Shown piece by piece: positions 1 to 9,554 of a stretch of 35,881 nt of DNA (the first letter of the stretch is position 1; the number at the start of each line of letters is the position of its first letter). The stretch is from IMG/VR virus record IMGVR_UViG_2541047915_000013. One strand, given 5' to 3'. The DNA comes from a virus (taxonomy: Duplodnaviria; Heunggongvirae; Uroviricota; Caudoviricetes). The notes beneath the pieces are model-generated. The model was not told the DNA's origin and searched no databases. It saw nothing but the letters and a program-made list of their open reading frames with translations. A program made the position numbers and the translations under genes.

Positions 1-483
1 ATGACGAAGAAAAAAGCACATAAACCTGGTTCAGCGACCATCGCGCTTAACAAGCGCGCCCGTCACGAATACTTTATCGAAGAAGAGTTCGAAGCGGGAC
101 TTGCCCTGCAAGGCTGGGAGGTTAAATCCCTGCGCGCAGGAAAAGCCAATATCAGCGACAGCTATGTCCTTCTGCGCGACGGAGAGGCATTTCTGTTTGG
201 CGCTAACATCACGCCAATGGCTGTGGCCTCCACGCATGTGGTGTGCGATCCTACCCGTACCCGCAAGTTACTTCTCAACCAGCGCGAACTGGACTCATTG
301 TACGGTCGCGTCAATCGAGAAGGCTATACCGTAGTGGCGCTCTCCCTGTACTGGAAAAATGCCTGGTGCAAAGTGAAAATCGGCGTCGCCAAAGGTAAGA
401 AACAGCACGATAAACGTTCAGATATCAAAGAACGCGAATGGCAGGTGGATAAAGCGCGTATCATGAAAAATGCCCACCGTTAA
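1..483 (+). CDS. smpB: SsrA-binding protein SmpB (host core gene)
   Basis: 160-aa ORF whose translation I recognise as enterobacterial SmpB; lies immediately upstream of ssrA as in E. coli. Confidence 0.95.
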
Positions 484-697
484 ACCTATATAAGCGATAC
501 TAATCAAATCCTCACCGCGCCTCCCTATCCGGTGGCGCGAATGAACATCTTATCGACTGTCAAATCTGACACAGATGTAGCCATCCCATTGCTTAATCGA
601 AAAAAAATCATACTATGCAGGCGCTAATTCCAGGATGATAACGCCTTTTGGGCTAGTCATGCTGCTCATAAATCTGGTATACTTACCGTTACACATT

Positions 698-1060
698 GGG
701 GCTGATTCTGGATTCGACGGGATTTGCGAAACCCAAGGTGCATGCCGAGGGGCGGTTGGCCTCGTAAAAAGCCGCAAAAAATAGTCGCAAACGACGAAAA
801 CTACGCTTTAGCAGCTTAATAACCTGCTTAGAGCCCTCTCTCCCTAGCCTCCGCTCTTAGGACGGGGATCAAGAGAGGTCAAACCCAAAAGAGATCGCGT
901 GGAAGCCCTGCCTGGGGTTGAAGCGTTAAAACTTAATCAGGCTAGTTTGTTAGTGGCGTGTCCGTCCGCAGCTGGCAAGCGAATGTAAAGACTGACTAAG
1001 CATGTAGTACCGAGGATGTAGGAATTTCGGACGCGGGTTCAACTCCCGCCAGCTCCACCA
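698..1060 (+). ncRNA. ssrA: tmRNA (transfer-messenger RNA), 363 nt
   Basis: Starts GGGGCTGATTCTGGATTCGACGGG and ends CGCCAGCTCCACCA; internal tag template GCAAACGACGAAAACTACGCTTTAGCAGCTTAA (787-819) encodes ANDENYALAA-stop. Confidence 0.95.
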
Positions 1061-1061
1061 A
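1016..1061. repeat. attL core: 46-bp direct repeat formed by the ssrA 3' end
   Basis: ATGTAGGAATTTCGGACGCGGGTTCAACTCCCGCCAGCTCCACCAA is identical to 35254-35299; identity breaks on both sides. Confidence 0.85.
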
Positions 1062-1070
1062 ATAAATCAA

Positions 1071-1103
1071 GGGGTTACGTGAAAGCGTAGCCCCTTTTTC
1101 TTT
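1071..1103 (+). terminator. Rho-independent terminator downstream of ssrA
   Basis: GGGGTTACG-tgaaag-CGTAGCCCC hairpin followed by TTTTTCTTT. Confidence 0.6.
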
Positions 1104-1118
1104 GGTAGTGGCGGCAAA

Positions 1119-1157
1119 ATGGCGACAGACTTTTGCGTCCATCTTGCCTGTCGCCAT
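1119..1157. promoter_or_regulatory. 10-bp inverted repeat upstream of the WYL-BRCT ORF (candidate operator)
   Basis: ATGGCGACAG (1119-1128) and CTGTCGCCAT (1148-1157), 19-bp spacer; AAGAGG ribosome-binding site at 1171-1176. Confidence 0.35.
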
Positions 1158-1183
1158 CTTGAAATCATGCAAAGAGGTTTCAC

Positions 1184-1666
1184 ATGGAAGAACTTCACTT
1201 TGTTTACATCAATGCAAATGGTCGTATCGGTGTTCACTCAATACAGAGCATCAGTTATAGCGAAAATCATATACAGGGCATTTGTAAGAACACCGATCGA
1301 ATAAAAACCTTCCGAAAAGACCGCATTCTTAAACAGTACGATTCACCAGAACAAGCCATTCAGGAATGCGCGTCATTCCTCCCCGAAAACTACTCACATC
1401 TCACTAAGCAGTCTGGTCCGAAAAAAAATACATTCGATGTGTGCTTCACCGGATTTAAGAAAGCAGATAAAGAAAGATTGGTTGATAAGGCGAATGAACA
1501 AGGATTAACGGTAAGAACCTCTGTAACCCAAAGCCTTCAGATGCTCTGTTGCGGTTACAATGCAGGCCCATCAAAAGTATCGGCAGCCAGGATGAAAGGC
1601 ACAATCATCATAGATGAGCCTGGCTTTATACATTTTCTTGAAACGGGTGAGATCCCAGATGAATAA
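1184..1666 (+). CDS. Hypothetical protein, WYL-like N-terminal domain fused to BRCT-like C-terminal domain (accessory gene)
   Basis: N-terminal FVYINANGRIG...RIKTFRKDRI resembles the WYL motif; C-terminal CFTGF...ERLVDKANEQGLTV...GPSKVSAARMKGTIIIDE resembles a ligase-type BRCT domain; good RBS. Confidence 0.6.
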   Translation: MEELHFVYINANGRIGVHSIQSISYSENHIQGICKNTDRIKTFRKDRILKQYDSPEQAIQECASFLPENYSHLTKQSGPKKNTFDVCFTGFKKADKERLVDKANEQGLTVRTSVTQSLQMLCCGYNAGPSKVSAARMKGTIIIDEPGFIHFLETGEIPDE

Positions 1667-1692
1667 AAACCTGCCGTAGCAGGTTCTCTTTC

Positions 1693-1911
1693 TCAAAAAT
1701 TCATATGCCCCTGACCACCTGGCAATGGATGTGGAGGGGCTGTAGCAATCAATGCAGGTGTCACAATAAACCGGACCACTGTTTCATGGGTAACAAAAGT
1801 GCTCCCGCAGTTAATATTTTGGCACTGGCAGTAACGCTCTTTGGTGCTTTCTGTTACTTGAAAACTGCTCCTTGTGTGCGCCGCATGACCACACTTCGGA
1901 CAATTCATCAT
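1693..1911 (-). CDS. ogr: Late-gene transcriptional activator, Ogr/Delta zinc-finger family
   Basis: MNCPKCGHAAHTRSS...ERYCQCQNINCGSTF matches the Ogr C4 zinc-finger pattern; the ORF extends to 1956 but the internal ATG at 1911 gives the 72-aa size typical of Ogr. Confidence 0.85.
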   Translation of the reverse strand: MMNCPKCGHAAHTRSSFQVTESTKERYCQCQNINCGSTFVTHETVVRFIVTPALIATAPPHPLPGGQGHMNF

Positions 1912-1979
1912 ATCCAGATCCCTACCTTTGCTATCAGAATCATTGTAATGATACACAAAATATCAATATTGAGAACACA

Positions 1980-3080
1980 TTATTCCATTTCAAGATCATC
2001 AATCTTCACTTCGAGTTCAATACTGGTTGTAAAACCGTTATCCGGGCTGACGGTATGTGTCAGAGTCGTAATGGTCCATTCCGCATCATCTATCGGCTGT
2101 TTAAAGCCACTGACTTTCACTGGCATTTCCGTGTAGAGATCTGCCCGACCTTCCGCCAGTTGTAGCGAGAATGACGCAACGCCGCGTTGCAGGCGTTCCC
2201 ACTGCATTTTCGCTGCCCGTTCAGCGTTGTTCCGGTTGGCATAAGTGCGATTAAGTACCAGCACGTTTTCATCCGTACCCACCAGGTAATCGCCCTGCTT
2301 CGCTTCCGGCTCTTTCTTCTGCTTTGCGGTCCTGCGCTTACGCTTCACCGTGGTGCTTTCTTTCTTCACGGGTTCGCGGGTATGCAACCAACTGGCAATT
2401 ACCCCCGTATAGGCTCCGCGATCTGCCAGGGTAAAGCGGTGACTGTCGCCGTCCTTGCGTGTGATAGTGATCACCGGCAGAGGTTTACCGCTGGCGCTTT
2501 TGCCCTGTCCCTGCCGGATGAATAACAGATTGCCATTTTTCACCGACGCAATAGCACCGTACTGGCGCGCCAGCCGCATCAGAAAACTGCCGTCACTCTC
2601 ATTGGTCTGGTCTATATGTTCCACGGGCTTATCCGACAGGTCTTTACCCAGTGCCATCTTCAGCTTGTGCCGCGCGGCTATTTCCTTCACCACTTCCCCG
2701 ACGGTGGTCTTGTGCCACGATTTTTCACGGCGGGTATTCAGCGTTTCCCTAAAATCAGCACTTCGCGCCCGGATAGTCAGGCGATCCGGTGCGCCAGTGT
2801 GTTCAATCTCGTCCACCGTGAATGCCCCTTTCGGGAAAAGCGGCTGCCCCTTCCAGCCCAGCGCCAGCGTGATGACCGCACCACGGCGCGGCAGCACGAT
2901 TTTTCCGTCGGCGTCGTCCAGCTCCAGATCAAGCTGGTCTGCTTCAAAGCCCCGATTGTCCGTCAACGTCAGACTCATCAGGCGGTTATCCAGCACAGTG
3001 GTGATATCCTTCCCCTCAATACTGATGCTGAATGCGGGAGTTTTGTTGCCTTTGTTAAGCAGTTCAGAGCTGAAATTCAC
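1980..3080 (-). CDS. D: Tail protein D (late control gene D)
   Basis: 366-aa ORF with P2 gpD-like sequence; position directly upstream of ogr. Confidence 0.9.
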   Translation of the reverse strand: MNFSSELLNKGNKTPAFSISIEGKDITTVLDNRLMSLTLTDNRGFEADQLDLELDDADGKIVLPRRGAVITLALGWKGQPLFPKGAFTVDEIEHTGAPDRLTIRARSADFRETLNTRREKSWHKTTVGEVVKEIAARHKLKMALGKDLSDKPVEHIDQTNESDGSFLMRLARQYGAIASVKNGNLLFIRQGQGKSASGKPLPVITITRKDGDSHRFTLADRGAYTGVIASWLHTREPVKKESTTVKRKRRTAKQKKEPEAKQGDYLVGTDENVLVLNRTYANRNNAERAAKMQWERLQRGVASFSLQLAEGRADLYTEMPVKVSGFKQPIDDAEWTITTLTHTVSPDNGFTTSIELEVKIDDLEME

Positions 3081-3562
3081 GACAGCAGCCCTCCCACCGT
3101 TTTACTGATATCGCTTAAGGCAGACGTTGCCGTATCCTGCAAATTATTCAGCTGCGCACTGAGATCACCGAACATATCGGACAGGGATTCATCCACACGT
3201 TTGAGCGACAGGGTAAACTCAATCCGGCGCGGCATACCATCGCGGAAAAACTCCGTTTTAGTCTGATTCAGTCCCTCAATCACATACATGCCGTAAATCG
3301 TGCCGCTGCCTTCAATCAGGGGCCATGCTTTTCCCTGTTCTGCCATCTGCTCCAGAGCCAGCAACGACAGCCTGCCGCCCGTTATCTCCGGCATAAGAAC
3401 ACCAGAAAGCGTCAGCATGTCGTTGTCCGGTCCCAGAAACTGCGTGGACGGACGACGGTTTACCCGGCTGTTTGCCGCATGTCGCCAGCTGCGTTGATAC
3501 TGCAGTTCCTGATACGGAACGGTGCTCAGCATAAACACGTACAATCCCAGCACCATCATCAT
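3077..3562 (-). CDS. U: Tail protein U
   Basis: 161 aa; 4-bp overlap with D and T; P2 gene order. Confidence 0.85.
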   Translation of the reverse strand: MMMVLGLYVFMLSTVPYQELQYQRSWRHAANSRVNRRPSTQFLGPDNDMLTLSGVLMPEITGGRLSLLALEQMAEQGKAWPLIEGSGTIYGMYVIEGLNQTKTEFFRDGMPRRIEFTLSLKRVDESLSDMFGDLSAQLNNLQDTATSALSDISKTVGGLLS

Positions 3563-6500
3563 GCGTCGTATCCCCCCTGATCGCTGTAGTTACTCCTGGC
3601 TTTTGCCTTCAGCCTGCGTTCACGTTCATCAAGCTGGCGTGCCACCTCCCGCGCAATATCCTGCGCACTTTGTCCTGGCTGCGTCTGAATGATGATCTGC
3701 GTCGGTGCCTCAATCCGGTGAACGGGCGGCACAGTGGCTGCACGACTCACCATCGCTTCGCCGCCTTTCGCGGGAAGTGCCAAAGGATGCAACGGTGGAA
3801 GCTCTGCAGGCGCGGCAGCAACGCCCATCATTCCGGCAACAACGGCAGCCAGTGCAGCTGTATTTCTCCGGCTGGTCACATTTGCCGGGCCGTTAACAAT
3901 TTCCGGCCCGTTTTCACCGACGATGCCAAACTGCCCGCGCGGGATATAGCCGCCGCTGTCATACATCCCCGCAAAGCCATATCCCCATGACGGAAAACCA
4001 CCCGATGGCATCATCACTTTACCGTCTGCATTCACCGTCGCAGGTTGCTGACGCGTCACTCTTTCCGGCAGTTTCGCCTTTGCAGCCTCTTTACTGACAA
4101 TGCCGAGTTTTTCCAGCAACCAGGAAACGCTGGATTTCAGGGAGTCCAGCGGATGCATGACCATATTCAGCCCTTCCGCCAGTGCCTCCCCGAATCGTCG
4201 CCCCATTGCCGCTGCGCTCTGCAGTTCGGCAGAGGTCGACTTAACGGGCGTCAGCAGATCAGTAAACCAGCCCCACAACGCCTGCACTTTGTCGCCAATC
4301 CACTGAAACACAGGCTTAAGTGGTTCGAATGCTGCACTGATGGGACCTGCCGCCGCTTTGAATCCTTCCACCACACCAGCGAGAAATGCGGTGATGGGTT
4401 GCCAGTATTTCCAGACAACCAGCGCCACGCCCGCCAGTGCAGTAACCACAAGACCTATCGGACTGAGCAGAGCACCTAACAGACCAGATATGGCATACAG
4501 GGCAACGCGCAGCATCGCCAGCGGACCGGATGCCAGTACTCGCAGCACCGAGCCTGCGGCAGCCAGTCCACCGCGTAGTGCCGCCAGTGGATTCATAAAC
4601 ATCACAGCAACAGCACGTAAACCGGATAATCCAGACCGCAACAGTGCAACCGGCACAACTGCTACAGTTTTCAGGACATTCCCCGTCAGTGATGCCGTGC
4701 GGCGCAAAGACGACAACGGCGCAGTAAGTAAACCCGCTGCGTTGCCCGATGAAGCAAGCCCGCGTCGCAGCAGTGCCAGTGGAGCGCCAGCTAACCAGGA
4801 CAACGCGCTGCTGGTTCGTGTTACTGCTGCCGTAACGGAAGATAACGTTTTGATACCCAGCACAGAGAATCCCAGACGGATGACTGCCAGCGGCCCCAGC
4901 ACTGCAGCCAGCGCCACCGCTAAGGTGCCGAGGCCTACGGTAACCGCAGCCACAATAGCGGCTACTTTCATCAGTGTGCCCGTCAGTTCCGGGTTAGCTT
5001 CCACCCAGCGACGCAACGCTCCCGTAACACTTTTCACCGTGTACAGAATATCCATCAGCGGCTGGCGCAGCGTTTCGCCCAGGCTACTGAAGGTGTTCTG
5101 CGTTCCGGTTTTGACCAGCAACCACTGAGCAGAAAGTGAGTCTTTGTTGATGTCGGATTCTTTCTGCATGGAACCGAGCGCATCATTGCCCGCTGTCAGT
5201 TTTAGCTGGCGCTGCAGTTCCGGCAGGTTGTTTGCCAGTTTCGCCGCGTCATCGCCAAACTCTTTGCCAAACAACATGGTCATGGCAGACAGACGCTTGT
5301 CCTGCGGCAGCGCGTTCACCTTCTCCAGCACACGCTGGATAGTTCCCATCGCATCCTTCGTCATCTGCTTTTCAATCACTTCAGGATTGAGTTTCAGCAG
5401 ATTCATCCCTTCAAAGAAACTCTTGCTTTGCATGGTGGCAATGGACAATTCACGCACCATCGCGTTTGCTGCACTGGCTGCAACCTCCGGCGCAGCGCCC
5501 AGTGTCAGAAAGGTGGAACCCAGCGCCGCCGCTTTACGATAATCCAGACGGTCAGCCACACCGCCCAGACGTTGCATGACATCAATAATGTCTGCCCCTT
5601 TCGACATGGCGTTATCATCCAGATAGTTCAGCGCATCACCGAGCTGTTCAATATTGCGGGTAGGGATTTTGTAGAGCTGGGCGATTTTCCCCAGACTTTC
5701 TGACAGTTCATCCGCTGGCAGCTCAAAGGCTGTTGCCGCCTTTGCTGCCGTACTGGCGAAGGCCAGCAGGTCACGTTTCTGGTCTTCCCAGCTGTCGTCA
5801 GGGTTTGCGACGTTCATGCGCGCACCACCTTCAACCAGTGCAGCGAAGTCTACCGCACCGTTTTCCATCGGCAACTGTTCGCTGGCAGCCTTGATGGCAT
5901 CCTGCATTTCATAAAAACGTGCAGTGCGGTTGCCATTATCGTCACGCAGACCATTGACCTGCTTTGCCACACCTTTCATGGCATCTTCCATGCTGGTATA
6001 GCTTTTTACTGCCGCCATCACTGGCGTCCCCATTGCCAGCCCTGCCGCCGTGGTGGTGGCTCCTGCTCCTGCGATGCGATCGCGCACCTCCAGCGAACGG
6101 GCATAACTGGCACGCGCCACATTCATCCTGCGCTGAGCTTCCCCCAGTCGCTTCAGCCGCGCCTCCTGTTTCGACAGTTCCTGGTTATAACGTGATGTTT
6201 CACGGGCTAAACGGGCAGTTGCTCCCGCATCATCTTTCGCAGAAATTCCCGCCCGGTACAGTTCAGCACGCACAAGCGCCGTTTGCTTCTGCAAATATTT
6301 TTGTTGTTCTTCCAGACGTTGGACTGCCAGCGTTTGCCGACCTAAAGCCACAAGATGCCTTTGTGATGGTTGTTCCATCGCCTCCAGCTCAGAGCTAAGC
6401 AAATTAGCCTTCTGTCTGGCATAGTTCAGCCTGTCGCCTAACTTCTTGTTATCGGCCTGCAGCTTGCGAAATTTTTCCAGGCTGTTACCCGCCTGATTGA

Positions 6501-6636
6501 GTTGCTTTAATGCGTCACGGGAGTTTCTGATTGCGCCAGCCAGCTCTTTCGAACTGGCCTGTGCAGCACGGAATGGGCGGGTGAGTTTGTCAACCGCATT
6601 AAGAATGACCTGCAGGCGCAGGTTGTTATCACTCAT
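3559..6636 (-). CDS. T: Tail tape measure protein T
   Basis: 1025 aa, Ala/Leu-rich with long helical and transmembrane-like segments; position after E/E'. Confidence 0.9.
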   Translation of the reverse strand: MSDNNLRLQVILNAVDKLTRPFRAAQASSKELAGAIRNSRDALKQLNQAGNSLEKFRKLQADNKKLGDRLNYARQKANLLSSELEAMEQPSQRHLVALGRQTLAVQRLEEQQKYLQKQTALVRAELYRAGISAKDDAGATARLARETSRYNQELSKQEARLKRLGEAQRRMNVARASYARSLEVRDRIAGAGATTTAAGLAMGTPVMAAVKSYTSMEDAMKGVAKQVNGLRDDNGNRTARFYEMQDAIKAASEQLPMENGAVDFAALVEGGARMNVANPDDSWEDQKRDLLAFASTAAKAATAFELPADELSESLGKIAQLYKIPTRNIEQLGDALNYLDDNAMSKGADIIDVMQRLGGVADRLDYRKAAALGSTFLTLGAAPEVAASAANAMVRELSIATMQSKSFFEGMNLLKLNPEVIEKQMTKDAMGTIQRVLEKVNALPQDKRLSAMTMLFGKEFGDDAAKLANNLPELQRQLKLTAGNDALGSMQKESDINKDSLSAQWLLVKTGTQNTFSSLGETLRQPLMDILYTVKSVTGALRRWVEANPELTGTLMKVAAIVAAVTVGLGTLAVALAAVLGPLAVIRLGFSVLGIKTLSSVTAAVTRTSSALSWLAGAPLALLRRGLASSGNAAGLLTAPLSSLRRTASLTGNVLKTVAVVPVALLRSGLSGLRAVAVMFMNPLAALRGGLAAAGSVLRVLASGPLAMLRVALYAISGLLGALLSPIGLVVTALAGVALVVWKYWQPITAFLAGVVEGFKAAAGPISAAFEPLKPVFQWIGDKVQALWGWFTDLLTPVKSTSAELQSAAAMGRRFGEALAEGLNMVMHPLDSLKSSVSWLLEKLGIVSKEAAKAKLPERVTRQQPATVNADGKVMMPSGGFPSWGYGFAGMYDSGGYIPRGQFGIVGENGPEIVNGPANVTSRRNTAALAAVVAGMMGVAAAPAELPPLHPLALPAKGGEAMVSRAATVPPVHRIEAPTQIIIQTQPGQSAQDIAREVARQLDERERRLKAKARSNYSDQGGYDA

Positions 6637-7065
6637 CGTTGGCCCCGCATCTCTGAATCGCTTTATACCGCCATTCCAGCACTTCGGTCAGCGGCATAAC
6701 GTCAGTAACGGATGGCGGCCAGTGAAAAATGGTGGCGATATCTGCCACCAGATCGTCAACCGTCAGGCTGTCGGTAAACCGGCAAGCACCGACTTCTTCA
6801 ACAAAAAAGTGACAACCTCAACCGACATGGCTGTGAGATCTGCCGGGTCCATCTCTGCGATTTCCTGTGCAGTCAGTGCCGGACTGGAGATGCGGGGGAT
6901 CACGGTCATCATCGCGTTCACATCCATATCCATAATGGCCTGCAGGCGTGTACCGCGCAGCGCACCGGACTGCGGTTTACGCAGCACAATTTCGGTAATT
7001 TCTGTTTTACCGCGCTTGATAGGGGTATCCAGTTGAATGGTCTTTTCAGTCTGCTTATCGCTCAT
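6629..7065 (-). CDS. E+E': Tail assembly chaperone E+E' (-1 programmed frameshift product)
   Basis: After the T TTT TTG heptamer the -1 frame stays open for about 58 codons (VEEVGACRFTDSLTVDDL...AIQRCGANDE) and stops at a TGA overlapping the T start codon. Confidence 0.7.
6763..7065 (-). CDS. E: Tail assembly chaperone E
   Basis: 100-aa ORF matching P2 gpE; contains the slippery site near its 3' end. Confidence 0.85.
   Translation of the reverse strand: MSDKQTEKTIQLDTPIKRGKTEITEIVLRKPQSGALRGTRLQAIMDMDVNAMMTVIPRISSPALTAQEIAEMDPADLTAMSVEVVTFLLKKSVLAGLPTA
6802..6808 (-). other. Slippery heptamer T TTT TTG for the E/E+E' -1 frameshift
   Basis: Minus-strand reading ACT TTT TTG in the E frame (plus strand CAAAAAA). 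Confidence 0.7.
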
Positions 7066-7119
7066 TTTGTTGTCCTGTAAATTGGGTTCTGGCGCGGAAT
7101 CCCGCGCCGTTCAGATACA

Positions 7120-7635
7120 TCAGAGGCCGAGGGCGTTGCGGTGCGCTTCCATCAGGTCCACACCGTCCACAATTTCCACCATGTTGATAAGGTCCACTTC
7201 ATAGAGCACCTCACCATTGATGGTCAGCTTCGCGTAGCTGTTGGTACTGGTCACTTTGGTGGTGTTGCTTTCGCCCGTCTTCCACTCGCCGGAATCTACT
7301 TCTTTGTGACGTCCACGCACGACAAGCTCCACGGCCTGCACTTCCCCGGTATCGTCACGCTGGATAGAGCCGGTAAAGCGCAGCTGGATGCCATCCACCG
7401 TGGATTTGCCCATCTGCTTAAACAGCAGCAGTTCAGTACCACCAATGGAAAATTCTGTATCCAGTGCACTGTCATCCAGTCCCAGATCCACATCCACCGC
7501 CCCCGGCATACCGCCGCCGCGATACTTCTCATATTTGCGGGTGAATTTCGGCAGCGTCAGCGACTCAACGATCCCCTGCCAGTTGTTCCCGTCGTTAAAC
7601 AAGTTCAGATGTTTTAATTTGCGTGGTAAAGCCAT
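7120..7635 (-). CDS. FII: Tail tube protein FII
   Basis: 171 aa, P2 gpFII-like. Confidence 0.9.
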   Translation of the reverse strand: MALPRKLKHLNLFNDGNNWQGIVESLTLPKFTRKYEKYRGGGMPGAVDVDLGLDDSALDTEFSIGGTELLLFKQMGKSTVDGIQLRFTGSIQRDDTGEVQAVELVVRGRHKEVDSGEWKTGESNTTKVTSTNSYAKLTINGEVLYEVDLINMVEIVDGVDLMEAHRNALGL

Positions 7636-7644
7636 GTTGTCCCC

Positions 7645-8817
7645 TTACGCGCTGACCTGGCTGGCGAAATTCACCAGGTACTGATCGGTGATGCGCTGGC
7701 GCAGCATCAGATTTTCAAGTGGCGGCACTGGCGTGTAGTCGTAGTCGATGGTGAGTTTTCCGGCTTTAAGCGTGTCTTTGTCGTTCACCGACTCGTCCAG
7801 CCAGCAATCACCACCAATGAGATAGCCCTGACTGACCAGGTTGCGCATTTTGGCGCGGATACCTTCGATAATGTCGCGGGCCAGCGACGGGTTAAGCGGT
7901 TTATCCACCGCCCACATGTGTGCTTCTGCCATCGTGTCCATCAGCACCTGCGCCGTGCGGGTGTAGTTTTCGAAGGCAAAGAGCGGGTCATCACTCAGGC
8001 AGCGGGAACCCCAGAAGCGGAAACCGTCTTTACGCACAAGCGTGGTGACATCGTTCTGGTTCAGCAGACCTGCATCGGTTGCCGGGTCCTGCAGATCCCA
8101 GAACACATCTGCAGAAATTCCGGTGACACCGTTCACGCCCACGTTGGACAGGCTTTTGTGCCACCCGGTCTGCTCATCAATTTTGGCACGCAGACCAAGC
8201 GCACGGGCGGTGGCATATGCCATTGCTTCGGCGTTCAGCACCGTGTCCCAGCCAGTAAAGTCAGGCCAGATCAGCATCCCTTCGCGCTGGCTGAAGTTTT
8301 CACGGTAAGTGATCGCCTCCTGTACCGTCTTGCAGCCATACGCTGACAGGTAGGCAAACCCACGCAGGCTTTGCGCCACACTCAGCAACTCAGTAGCAAC
8401 GGCTTTGTTATCGTGACCTGGCACGCCGAGAATGCGCGGTTTAACGCCGAGCTGTGACTGGGCAGATAACAGGGCTTTCATGCCTGTTTTTTTACCTTCA
8501 GCGGTCACTGCTCCGATGATATTGGTCGTGGTTTCGTCTTCCGTTTCACCCTGCGGCACACGCACAACAACGGTCACGGGTTTTGCCTGGTCAGCGATGG
8601 CGTCCAGCGAACGGGCCAGCGTTCCGGACTCACCCGCTTTACCGCTGGCAGTCAGCACATCAGTGATCAGCACGGGTTTATTAAGAGGAAACATTTTTGC
8701 ATCGGCATCATCGCCCGTGCAGACCATACCCACGATGGCGGTGCTCACCGTGGTAATGGATCGGGTGCCTTCGTTGACTTCAACAACGCGCACCCCGTGG
8801 TGGTAATCCTGAGCCAT
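7645..8817 (-). CDS. FI: Contractile tail sheath protein FI
   Basis: 390 aa, P2 gpFI-like. Confidence 0.9.
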   Translation of the reverse strand: MAQDYHHGVRVVEVNEGTRSITTVSTAIVGMVCTGDDADAKMFPLNKPVLITDVLTASGKAGESGTLARSLDAIADQAKPVTVVVRVPQGETEDETTTNIIGAVTAEGKKTGMKALLSAQSQLGVKPRILGVPGHDNKAVATELLSVAQSLRGFAYLSAYGCKTVQEAITYRENFSQREGMLIWPDFTGWDTVLNAEAMAYATARALGLRAKIDEQTGWHKSLSNVGVNGVTGISADVFWDLQDPATDAGLLNQNDVTTLVRKDGFRFWGSRCLSDDPLFAFENYTRTAQVLMDTMAEAHMWAVDKPLNPSLARDIIEGIRAKMRNLVSQGYLIGGDCWLDESVNDKDTLKAGKLTIDYDYTPVPPLENLMLRQRITDQYLVNFASQVSA

Positions 8818-8892
8818 AAGGCAGTCTCTCCGGTTGTAGAGGGGGTCTGCCTATGTTCTGGTTGATACGCGCAGGGTGCACGCGATGGGGTT

Positions 8893-8910
8893 TGTATGGG
8901 AAATGGCACA
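8893..8910. promoter_or_regulatory. TGT-N12-ACA element upstream of FI (candidate Ogr-dependent late promoter)
   Basis: TGTATGGGAAATGGCACA in the G-FI intergenic region. Confidence 0.4.
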
Positions 8911-8951
8911 ACGACGGGGTGAAAAGATCCCCGCAGGCGCGGGGCAGGAAT

Positions 8952-9554
8952 TTAAAATTCTGGTAGTTCGGGCCAGTTAATATCAGGGGCTGTGCTGATA
9001 TCTATTGCTGCTACCACGTCGATATAGTCAAGAACGGAATCGAGCTTTACTGTTTCTTCCGCAGTTAATTTTCTTCCCGCCTGCAATTTTAGTTGAATCA
9101 GAACAATGGAAGACATGGCATCATCAATCAGTGACTGGCGTTGCAGTTCAGCCCCTTCCACTGCTGCGTTATGTTGCGCTTTGGTATCCGTCACCCATTT
9201 CTCACCATCCCACTTATCGTATGGTGTTAACGGAGCAATAGTGGTTGTCTTTTCAGGGTAATCTCCCGGCACTGTGATTTCTTTTGAGTCCCCCGTTTCG
9301 GTGTTATAGACGATTTCACCGCGATGGTCTGGCACATATTCCCATGATCTCAAATCCAGAGTTCGACAGGACACATAACCTGACTTATATGAACCAGGAG
9401 CATCTAAACACGAATGTGCGGGAATACCGACGCCAACAGCAAGATATTCAGTTGATTCAGAAATATATTCCCGTGTTTCACCATCATAGTTATAGACGGT
9501 AATATTCCCCGCCTTCGTGGCAATAAGTTCGCTATTTAATACGGCTTTATCCAT
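8952..9554 (-). CDS. G: Tail fibre assembly protein (gpG-like)
   Basis: 200 aa directly downstream of the tail fibre gene. Confidence 0.8.
   Translation of the reverse strand: MDKAVLNSELIATKAGNITVYNYDGETREYISESTEYLAVGVGIPAHSCLDAPGSYKSGYVSCRTLDLRSWEYVPDHRGEIVYNTETGDSKEITVPGDYPEKTTTIAPLTPYDKWDGEKWVTDTKAQHNAAVEGAELQRQSLIDDAMSSIVLIQLKLQAGRKLTAEETVKLDSVLDYIDVVAAIDISTAPDINWPELPEF

Noticed and set aside
1119-1304. 61-aa ORF starting at the ATG at 1119
   Set aside because: Its start sits inside the upstream inverted repeat and it overlaps the better-supported WYL-BRCT ORF out of frame; no ribosome-binding site
2455-6398. Several long plus-strand ORFs (e.g. 2455-3108, 2616-3266, 4340-5128, 5964-6398) antisense to D, U and T
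   Set aside because: They lie entirely inside well-supported minus-strand phage genes in GC-rich DNA; Ala/Arg/Ser/Pro-rich translations typical of shadow ORFs
8818-8951. Looked for accessory cargo between the tail fibre assembly gene and FI (the Z/fun position of P2)
   Set aside because: Only 134 bp of intergenic sequence containing a late-promoter-like element; no ORF, so this position is empty here
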